This document shows positions 1 through 7,161 of a stretch of DNA of 7,548 nucleotides, one piece after another (within the stretch, counting starts at the first letter, position 1; the number at the start of each line of letters is the position of its first letter). The notes under the pieces are model-generated. The model searched no databases and was not told the origin of the DNA. It worked only from the letters and a program-made list of their open reading frames with translations. The translations under genes were made by a program, and so were the position numbers. This DNA comes from Leidyana gryllorum EB-2025a (Eukaryota > Protista > Apicomplexa): the NCBI GenBank assembly GCA_048772705.1, contig JBLWGC010000091.1:1-7548 (forward strand), given 5' to 3'.

Positions 1-1
1 T

Positions 2-225
2 TCAACAACGAACAATTTGAGCACATTGTCAAAGAGACTTGAATGGTTTCTTCGGGTTATTGACTTCGTGACTCTTCAGAGCCTCAAAGACGCGGCCCTC
101 TCCTCGGACCAATCGACACAAACCTTAGAAGAATGGCTCGTCGCATTGCCACTCGTTGGAACCGCAGAACTCCCGTCTCCACCCGATGAATATCGCGATA
201 TCGCGGCCGAATTCTTTGTTCTCCG
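2..225 (+). CDS. Coding exon (5'-partial) of a large multi-exon hypothetical protein gene
   Basis: Frame is open from the window start (…LSKRLEWFLRVIDFVTLQSLKDAALSS…EFFVLR). It ends at a GTAACC donor that splices in frame to the next ORF. Confidence 0.7.
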
Positions 226-274
226 GTAACCCTCGAAACGGTCCGTTTTGGCCACCATCCGTCTCTGTGCACAG
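226..274 (+). other. Spliceosomal GT-AG intron, 49 nt
   Basis: GTAACC…TCTCTGTGCACAG. Removal gives CG|T (Arg), deletes the in-frame TAA and joins ORF 17..229 to the frame of ORF 156..848 (…FVLR-IMALKM…). Confidence 0.8.
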
Positions 275-819
275 TATAATGGCGCTTAAAATGATAACTG
301 CTGTCTTTGAGACTGTGGAGGCGCACTTCTCACCCGTGGCTGATCTGATGAAAGATCCCAGTGATGAGAATATCCACGAATTACAACGGCTCATTCCCAC
401 CGTATTGAAACCGCTTTTCGGTGATCTTATTGGATCTGTGGCCCCATCTTTTGCGTCTCTCATCGGAGAGGAAATCATTGATCTAAATGCTGCTCTGGAT
501 AGCCGGACGAATAAGGGGGCGGCCACCCACACACACAAATCTCCCGGTACCATGAGATTGGTGTCTGCTTTCCGGTCTTCTCCACCGCAATGGTTGGATC
601 GCGAGCTGTTGAATGCGGCGTCACTCAGACGTTGTGTCGTTCAGGCACGCGACAGCTTGCGGAACGGTCTGGCGCGACTTACAGATGGAGTGCGTCGGCT
701 CATTGATGACGCCGCTCAAGGGGAAAGACTGAGGTCAACACATCAGTTGCTCCTGGATGAGTTGTTCACCAGCTCAAAAGGAGGTCGCAATCTTCTGATG
801 ATCGCCGAGAACTGTCGAG
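275..819 (+). CDS. Internal coding exon of the same hypothetical protein (predicted helical region)
   Basis: Open frame IMALKMITAVFETVEAHF…LLMIAENCR, bounded by an AG acceptor and a GTGAGA donor. Confidence 0.75.
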
Positions 820-886
820 GTGAGACACAGTGCGTGCTCGGTGCCTGAGCTGACGGCGTCTCCCAACCATTTTCCTCCCCTTTCAG
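820..886 (+). other. Spliceosomal GT-AG intron, 67 nt
   Basis: GTGAGA donor, GCTGAC branch site (849-854), pyrimidine tract TTTTCCTCCCCTTTCAG. Splicing gives G|TG (Val) in frame with NDDDILTLFPAV of ORF 820..1218. Confidence 0.8.
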
Positions 887-1147
887 TGAACGACGACGAC
901 ATTCTAACACTCTTCCCAGCCGTCTCGGACAGTTTGTATCTTTTGACACTTCTAGTCAAGGATGACACTGATATGAGTAGTTATGCAGCTGATGTACTGG
1001 AGTCAATATATGAACCGCAGAAGGCTTCGGCCACTACTTCCAGCCCCAAACACACTCGCTCTCCGGCAGAGACTGAGCTCGATGCTGAGAGTGCCGACTT
1101 CTCCCAGACTCTGCTGAGTGATCCCCAGTTGGTTGACACACTTCTCG
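887..1147 (+). CDS. Internal coding exon of the same hypothetical protein
   Basis: VNDDDILTLFPAVSDSLYLL…DPQLVDTLL, followed by a GTATTT donor. Confidence 0.65.
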
Positions 1148-1187
1148 GTATTTTTCACATGTCCGATGCTCGGCTCACTGAGCTCAG
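1148..1187 (+). other. Probable GT-AG intron, 40 nt
   Basis: GTATTT…GCTCACTGAGCTCAG. Splicing avoids the TGA at 1216-1218 and continues as ELISHLKIHFETSDVIKDCLIRP. Confidence 0.5.
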
Positions 1188-1462
1188 AACTGATCAGCCA
1201 CTTGAAGATCCACTTTGAAACTTCCGATGTTATCAAAGACTGTCTTATTCGGCCGTTATCTATCCGTCGACAAGGGGCTGCTGATTTTTAGGACGTTGTG
1301 AAGATTAGGACTCCGACTCACATTCCAACGAGACCGGGGCTCTGCCTACACGCGCGCGGATGATCGCGGGGAGAGAAAAACCGCGGCTCCTGAGACAACT
1401 TGCGCAAAACGGTCACCTAACTCTCAAGCCGCGAGTTACTAATTCAATACATCGATCCACAG

Positions 1463-3586
1463 AGAGTGATGCAGACGACCACACGCGAGCACCACACAGT
1501 TCCATTCTCTCGGTGGACCACAGGGAATGGCGGAAAAAGTGCCAACATTCCCTTGAAGCCTCCAGGGGTGTACGTACCGCTTGTCGACTCATCTGGGAGA
1601 ATTCGACTCCTCGGGTCGTGTGATCCAAACAAGACCGTGAAGATCGTCCCGCCTCCCAGTGTTCACTCGACCTCTTCACTTTGCGAGGAGTTTCGCGCTC
1701 TCATCGAGCGAAAGTTGACACCGTTACGACAGCTCACTGACTCTAATCTGAATCCTCAGGTCGCCCAGCTATTGGCCTCTTTCGTGCACGGCAGCTTCAA
1801 CTGGCGGCTTATTCAAGCCGAGCACTCCCTCTCGGGACAGCTCAACAGCCTAAAGCACTTCGAAACTGCCATCGACTTTGCGAAATCCCGACTGAAACAC
1901 TTTGTCACCACACTGGAGAAAGTGATATCCACTTCGGGCGACATATCGTTACGACTCCACTCCCAGCTCTACTCTCGCGCCCTCGACGAATGTTCGACTG
2001 AGGCTCCTAGAATCTATCTGGCCTGGGAAACTATACAAAAGGAGCGGTTATTGCAACTCACACGAGACCACGCGTCTCAACTCGCATCCCAAGACGAAGA
2101 TCTCACCGCTCTCTGCTCGCAGCAAAGTTTGCCTATCAACAAGTGTGCGAGCGCATCAAGCCCCATGCCGCCAGACGAACAGTCGCTCGTGGCGCTCAAC
2201 AACACATTACAGCTTCCCCCTCCTCCCCCATTCCCAATGACCCTTACGACGCCTCCCGTCTTCCCTCCAACTTCACCTCTTTTGCAACAAGAAAGCGTCT
2301 TTGATGCCGGAATGGGGGATATCTCGTCCCCCTCAGATGTCTCAGAGGAGGCCCCGCTTACCTCTTCTGGGGACTGCGAAGAGGAGTGTACAACATTTCA
2401 GCAAGTGTCTCCCAGGCCTTCCCCCAGGCTGGGCCGCGTGCCATCTCGTCGCGCACCGACAGCTCCCTCTGCTGAGCCCAGCGCGCCGAGTTACATAATT
2501 TCGACGCCCGAGCTCCCCACTGCCTCCACCGCCGAACCCGCTCTCGACCAAAAAGCACTTAAGCCCCCCCACCCGTCTGAGGAGACAGTCAATCGAGATG
2601 AAACGGTTCTGAAGAAGAGCCCTCGGGCTGTCGACATCAAGTCGGACAGAGGGATGGTGACTTCCACCGCCGTTGCAAGGCCTGTGCCCGAGTCATTGGG
2701 GCCCGAAAGATCCTTCGCTGGTCCGCTCGCTCGGCGTCCAGGTGGTGAAGAGCCACCCGACCCTCAGGGGGGACGCCCCGGTCCGCGCGAGAGGGCCAAC
2801 GCCAAAACAGGGCAAATTTCCAGTGCGAAGCGAGAGTTGCGGACAGTCGCGGCACGTGAGCGGCAAGAGCGTCTGGCCCGACTCGAAAAGGTCCAGGAAG
2901 CATATCAGGTCAGACGAAGGGCACTCAGGGAGCGGGTTCAAATCAAGTCCCTGATGCGCTCGCGACCTGTCAGCCAGCTTCCTACACATTCGGCGGATCC
3001 TCAGACTTGCTCAAGGTCTCCTGTTCCTGTCGCGACCCAGACTCTCAGCAATGCCGCTACGGAGAAGGGGCTTCCTACTGCTGAGGGACCCACACTGATC
3101 ACTTCTCCTGCCATAGTGAATCCCCCACACGCCCAAAGGGTCCAGGATGCTGCCAAGGTTAGTCAGTCCCTGGGTGGACCTAAGGTGCCCCAAGCCTCCA
3201 GTGGTCGTATCCCACGTTCAAATGAACGTCGCGGGTGCGTTTCCCGCAGTGGCGGAGAGTGCGATCGACAACTGGGAACTGATCGCATCTGCGGTCGTCG
3301 CAAACCCCCTGTCGCCCTCAACCCCGAGACGCCACCGCCGACTGATAGACCTGCCGTCAAAGAGGTTTCGTCCACGGGAGTCGCCACCAAAGTTGTGGCC
3401 AGGGATGCTTCAATGAGATCTGGTGGGATTCAGGACCTAAGCACATCAGAATTCGAATGTGACGAATCCCTTCCTGGCTCTACACGCCGAGGGGCCCCTG
3501 GCACAGTTGATCGCTTGGCCGTGGCCCCGAACCGCCCAACAGCGGCCAGACAATACAAAAGACGTGTCTGTATAGCATGGAAGTAA
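1463..3586 (+). CDS. Long terminal exon of the hypothetical protein: helical segment, then a Pro/Ser-rich low-complexity region with a short Arg/Glu-rich coiled-coil-like stretch
   Basis: 706-codon ORF ending in TAA at 3586, preceded by a TACTAAT branch site (1437-1443) and a CAG acceptor (1460-1462). The exact connection across 1188-1462 is unresolved, so this could be a separate gene. Confidence 0.75.
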   Translation, partial: RVMQTTTREHHTVPFSRWTTGNGGKSANIPLKPPGVYVPLVDSSGRIRLLGSCDPNKTVKIVPPPSVHSTSSLCEEFRALIERKLTPLRQLTDSNLNPQVAQLLASFVHGSFNWRLIQAEHSLSGQLNSLKHFETAIDFAKSRLKHFVTTLEKVISTSGDISLRLHSQLYSRALDECSTEAPRIYLAWETIQKERLLQLTRDHASQLASQDEDLTALCSQQSLPINKCASASSPMPPDEQSLVALNNTLQLPPPPPFPMTLTTPPVFPPTSPLLQQESVFDAGMGDISSPSDVSEEAPLTSSGDCEEECTTFQQVSPRPSPRLGRVPSRRAPTAPSAEPSAPSYIISTPELPTASTAEPALDQKALKPPHPSEETVNRDETVLKKSPRAVDIKSDRGMVTSTAVARPVPESLGPERSFAGPLARRPGGEEPPDPQGGRPGPRERANAKTGQISSAKRELRTVAARERQERLARLEKVQEAYQVRRRALRERVQIKSLMRSRPVSQLPTHSADPQTCSRSPVPVATQTLSNAATEKGLPTAEGPTLITSPAIVNPPHAQRVQDAAKVSQSLGGPKVPQASSGRIPRSNERRGCVSRSGGECDRQLGTDRICGRRKPPVALNPETPPPTDRPAVKEVSSTGVATKVVARDASMRSGGIQDLSTSEFECDESLPGSTRRGAPGTVDRLAVAPNRPTAARQYKRRVCIAWK

Positions 3587-3915
3587 ACTTTCCAAGTTTG
3601 GAAACGAACAACGCCAATCGAAACCTTTCTCAACCTCCCGGCGCAGAAGGCATTGCAGCTTTCCTGAATGAAAACACAAGTCGTCACACTTCCTTTATCC
3701 ACCAATATCGCAAAAAGTCCGAGCCGATATGTAAAGTGTATGCGTAGCAATCAATGCCTCACCCCGCAATGGAGTGGGGAGGGAGGAATTGGCGGGAGGA
3801 GATGGAAAAACCAGCCTCGAAACGTTGACTCCAGCGAGAGACTGGAGTGGAGTGGCCCTCCTTTCTCCCTCTCTGTTGCAGTAGAATGGCCGAGGAAACA
3901 ACCTCAGCAAAAACA

Positions 3916-4005
3916 CAGTGAGTAAGCGAAGTCAGGAGGACTACTCAGATGTGATTTGTCCCCGGTCCACCTGCTGAGGCGAGAGCGCTTTCGCTTACTT
4001 CACTG
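3916..4005. repeat. Inverted repeat / long hairpin (15 bp outer stem with one bulge)
   Basis: CAGTG-AGTAAGCGAA (3916-3930) is complementary to TTCGCTTACT-T-CACTG (3990-4005). Inner helix CAGG-A-GGAC / GTCC-A-CCTG. Confidence 0.7.
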
Positions 4006-4571
4006 CTGTAGCTCGAACCCGTGGACACGGCTCGGAAGGGGTCGAATGCGCCCCTCCGCGACCCCCTCGACGAGCTCAGGGTTGCATAGAACGGCTAAAA
4101 ATACATGAATGTCAATTTGCAAGAGTAACAGAAGCAAAACATTACAGCTAAGCATTGCTCCCCAGCAGGCAAAATTGTGCACCTCACCAAACCAATGAAT
4201 TCTTGTGTCACTCTCTCCGAACCATTCGCGACTGATCACTCCCGCACGGTTGTTCCTGTTCTAACACCAATCAGCTCGTGATCATCGCCGTGTCGGCCGA
4301 ACTGCTTCCCCGCGCAACCAACGGCCTGCAGAATGCCGAGTGTGTGTCCTTCAAACTTAGCTGCTGTGGGACTCCAAAAGCCGGACGCGGCAACAGCGGA
4401 ATGAATGCTTTATGTTGCGAAGGTTGAGAAATCGGAACTATCAACTCACCGGTAACAAGAGGCCAGCGGCCGCGATCCGTGGTGGCCTCAACCTCCGCCG
4501 CGGGCGAAGTCCTTGCCGTCAAAAGGCCTTCACGTTGAAGTCGGTCGCCCTTAGGGCCTCGGAGAGGCCTT

Positions 4572-4755
4572 CTGGAGAGAGTGTCAGTCCAGTGGCACTC
4601 TTACCAGAATCACCGCCGAATTCACGACGATTGAAACCGTTACCGAAGGAGAAATACCAGTTAAAAAGAGGGGGTCCAATGGACCCCTTCCTTATTTAAC
4701 TAAGGAAAGAACTTTGAATTACAATGGATCTGAGCTAGAAGGCTCGAGAGTGAGT
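4572..4755 (-). ncRNA. U2: U2 snRNA-like gene, divergent variant A (~184 nt)
   Basis: Minus strand reads ACUCACUCUCGAGCCUUCUAGCUCAGAUCCAUUGUAAUUCAAAGUUCUU, colinear with canonical U2 UCUCGGCCUUUUGGCUAAGAUCAAGUGUAGUAUCUGUUCUU. Then stem IIa (UUCCUUA/UAAGGAA), IIb (GGGGUCC/GGACCCC), a IIc partner, an Sm-like site and two 3' hairpins. Ends are inferred. Confidence 0.8.
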
Positions 4756-4779
4756 TTTTGTTGGCGAAGTTTTGCCAGG

Positions 4780-4800
4780 TACCCTGTGTGCGACACACCG
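4780..4800 (-). promoter_or_regulatory. Putative snRNA upstream promoter element (PSE/USE-like) for the minus-strand U2-like gene
   Basis: CGGTGTGTCGCACACAGGGTA on the minus strand, ending 25 nt upstream of the inferred start. Similar in sequence and position to the element of the plus-strand copy. Confidence 0.6.
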
Positions 4801-4822
4801 TTCCGGGACACAGATAGATCGT

Positions 4823-4844
4823 CGGTGGTGTGCCGCACACGGTA
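4823..4844 (+). promoter_or_regulatory. Putative snRNA upstream promoter element (PSE/USE-like) for the plus-strand U2-like gene
   Basis: CGGTGGTGTGCCGCACACGGTA, ending 26 nt upstream of the inferred start at 4870. Confidence 0.6.
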
Positions 4845-4869
4845 TATTCGAGGAATTCTCACCGAGAAA

Positions 4870-5057
4870 ATTCACTCTCGGCCTCACAGCTCAGATCACT
4901 TGTAATATTTAAGTTCTTTCCTTGGTTATGCAAGGAAGGAGACCATTGGTCTCCATCTGCTTACCAGTATTTCTCCCTGGAGTCGAGGCGTGGTAGCGGG
5001 TTTCTCGCACCTGCCTTCTTCGGATCCTCTGAACAGACACTGCATTCGGATGGACCC
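4870..5057 (+). ncRNA. U2: U2 snRNA-like gene, divergent variant B (~188 nt)
   Basis: AUUCACUCUCGGCCUCACAGCUCAGAUCACUUGUAAUAUUUAAGUUCUU aligns with the U2 5' end. Stem IIa 4918-4937, IIb 4938-4954, IIc partner 4959-4967, Sm-like site 4968-4976, stem III ~4985-5018, stem IV ~5022-5057. Length matches a typical U2. Confidence 0.82.
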
Positions 5058-5277
5058 TCCCAACCCCGATGGGTGACATTAGGAATGTAACACTCATTAA
5101 CTGAAGTGAGGCGGAAGTGTGCGAAGTTCAAGTGATCGTCGGCTCCCCACTACGCAAAGAGCTGCCAATCCGGCTACAGGAAATCATCGGAAGACATCTG
5201 ACCGGGTAGGAACAATAGTGTCGGTACTAGGCTTGAACTAGTTTTCACAGGTTTGTTGTCCAAGCATACATCCACAA

Positions 5278-6390
5278 CTACCCTCTTTTTACCCTCTTAC
5301 GGTCCCGCCCCCGGTCGAAGCACCTGATTTTGAATTCGCGCCACTCACAAGAATTTGCCCAGCCATCATCGCCCGGCTTCAAATGTCCACACCATGAGCA
5401 TACTCGTGTGCCTCTGTTCCCTACCCGCCCGAACCCACGGACTGGCAATGGCGTGGAGCTGAGACGCATATGGGACGCTTCAGGGGGTAGGAGAAGGAAT
5501 GAGCGATCTCAGCAACCTGGCGGTTCTGGTAGGTCACGAGCCCATTTGGCGTCTTCAAAAGGGTTGGCTCGTCTTCATTCCACGTAATGCGATGGCAGTC
5601 TCGGAGGCGTTCAGGCGCATAGCGCCGGTATTCATCTTCAGCAAGGGCCACGGTGCGCTTCTTGTCCTCCAGATTGCCCTTCACAAACTTATCGGGACAC
5701 TTCATGCCTCGTTGGCACATGCATCTCTCGTCCGGTGCCCGAAGTGGGATCGGGTGTACAATTAAGGAGGTGTGTGAGCATCGGTTGCGGACGCGATGGA
5801 ACCCATGGGCCTGAACAACTTTCGATCTGCTTGCCGTTGACGATTGGTAACGGCGATGACCAACTTGAGGCCTTCGGCAGAGATGCCAAGAGTACAGTCT
5901 CATTTCCAACCACCTCGTTGTCATCGTCCTCGCTCCCATTCTCCTCGCTCTCGTCGTCAAACAAACGAGCAGTGGTGGTGATCTGATCGACGGTAGTTGT
6001 GGAGACAGCGGACGGTGAGGTATCTGTCAGGATGGAATCTTCATGTTTGACCCGTCTCGAATCCGCAGCGAGGGTCGGGGCCTTGGGACCCGCGCCCATC
6101 CTAACCGCGGTTACTTGAACGGTACTGCAACGGAGTAGTTGGCCTCCTCAGCTGGGGACGGTTGAAGGTCAGTCAGATTTAGCGGTGGTATATCGCCTGG
6201 CTCGGCGTGTGCCCCATCCAAGCTGACTTGATTAACGTCCGCGGAAAGGTTGATGACCCGTGTGGGGTTCAAAAGGCATCTCGACGCGTGACATTCGCTG
6301 TCCGCCTCCGCTCCTCTGATTTGACGGATCGCCGCCCCCGGACGTGATGTGACATTTGGGCTACAGACACGTGCCGTTTTGAGGTCAGAC
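5278..6390 (-). CDS. Probable multi-exon (or frameshifted/degenerate) hypothetical protein gene with an acidic tract and a C-terminal CxxC motif; exon boundaries unresolved
   Basis: Successive overlapping minus-strand open frames look protein-like: …PSPAEEANYSVAVPFK (to 6111), MGAGPK…DDESEENGSEDDDNE… (6099-5689), …KGNLEDKKRTVALAEDEYRRYAPERLRD… (to 5421) and …RVCSWCGHLK…KRVKRG (to 5278). No family recognised. Confidence 0.4.
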
Positions 6391-6654
6391 TACCTAGCAG
6401 GTCAGGACACAGGAACTCTTCGGGGCCCGTGATAGATCCGCGCTTCGGCAGGATCAAAGTCGCTTCGGAGGCGAATCCGACCGAAGAATCTCACCGACCA
6501 GTGTGTGCCGATTTTTGGTAGACTTTGAATGCTTTTGGCCCCCACCTCCTCGGTCTGACGCAGTATCCACCCACTCTCCCCCCCCCCTCGCCCCAAAAAG
6601 CGTCCAACTTGCCGAATACAGCTGGCTTATCGCTCATTCTTACCTTATCATCGT

Positions 6655-6972
6655 GTGTCCTCGGGTGGAAGGGCGCTCAAAGCTGACTATGAGGGGCCGA
6701 GGCTCTACCAGGTAGCTGGCGACAGCGCTCCCATCGCCCACCTCAGCAAGATTGAGGACATCCTCGATCGCCGAGTACAGCTGCATCAACAAAGGCTCAC
6801 GCCGTTGAGTCCAAGTCCAAAAGCGGAGCCTCTTCGTCCAAATCGGGCTACAACGGACGGCTGCGTCACTATCGGATCACAAGGGCCGTCCTGTCAATCG
6901 GGCTGCGATACCATACACTTCCAACTTTATACCCCCACCTCTTCCTTTCTGCGCTGGAAGCTGCCCGGTTGA
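6655..6972 (+). CDS. Possible hypothetical protein or exon
   Basis: 105-codon ORF with no in-frame ATG and a plausible N-terminal half (KADYEGPRLYQVAGDSAPIAHLSKIEDILDRRVQLHQQRL). No homology recognised. Confidence 0.25.
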   Translation: MSSGGRALKADYEGPRLYQVAGDSAPIAHLSKIEDILDRRVQLHQQRLTPLSPSPKAEPLRPNRATTDGCVTIGSQGPSCQSGCDTIHFQLYTPTSSFLRWKLPG

Positions 6973-7161
6973 GGGCCGGTGGATATCACTTTTGGCACTG
7001 TCAGCACCCGTTCATCAACTCTTTCGGCTTTGAGCTGCAGACTTTGGCTGTAATATAGCATATAAGGCCAAAGTGCGGCATTGCCTATATGCGATTATAC
7101 GGCGAGGGCATGAAGTCTCAATTTCTCGGAAAGTGGATGGCCAGCAATTCCATATGCACCT

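Noticed and set aside
17-1218. Stop-codon reassignment or programmed frameshifting to link the + strand ORFs
   Set aside because: Canonical GT-AG introns join the frames exactly.
2301-3416. Numerous short alternative-frame and antisense ORFs inside the 706-aa ORF
   Set aside because: Expected by-products of GC-rich coding sequence.
3950-3995. RNase MRP-like GTCCCCGG…GAGAG motif
   Set aside because: Lacks the GAAAG of CR-I, a clean P8 stem and a matching CR-V (ACAnnnGGGGCU).
4075-4085. Telomerase-template-like CAACCCUGA on the minus strand, near the pseudoknot
   Set aside because: Less than 1.5 copies of any common telomere repeat, and the pseudoknot lacks the typical U-rich/A-rich triplex arrangement.
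4170-4290. U1-like loop I motif AUGAUCACGAG plus a downstream AAUUUUG on the minus strand
   Set aside because: No ACUUACC 5' end and no AUUGCAC loop at the expected spacing; probably chance.
4645-4980. MITE or transposon terminal inverted repeats as an explanation for the inverted duplication
   Set aside because: No target-site duplication was noticed, and the arms carry U2 motifs, internal covariation and position-matched promoter-like elements.
4830-5090. 86-aa ORF, and the other short ORFs at 4412-4699, 4714-4905 and 4909-5097, overlapping the U2-like genes
   Set aside because: The paralogous copy has stops and indels in the equivalent frame, and the substitutions preserve base pairs rather than codons.
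6574-6599. Poly-C / G-rich tract
   Set aside because: Simple low-complexity sequence with no supporting context.
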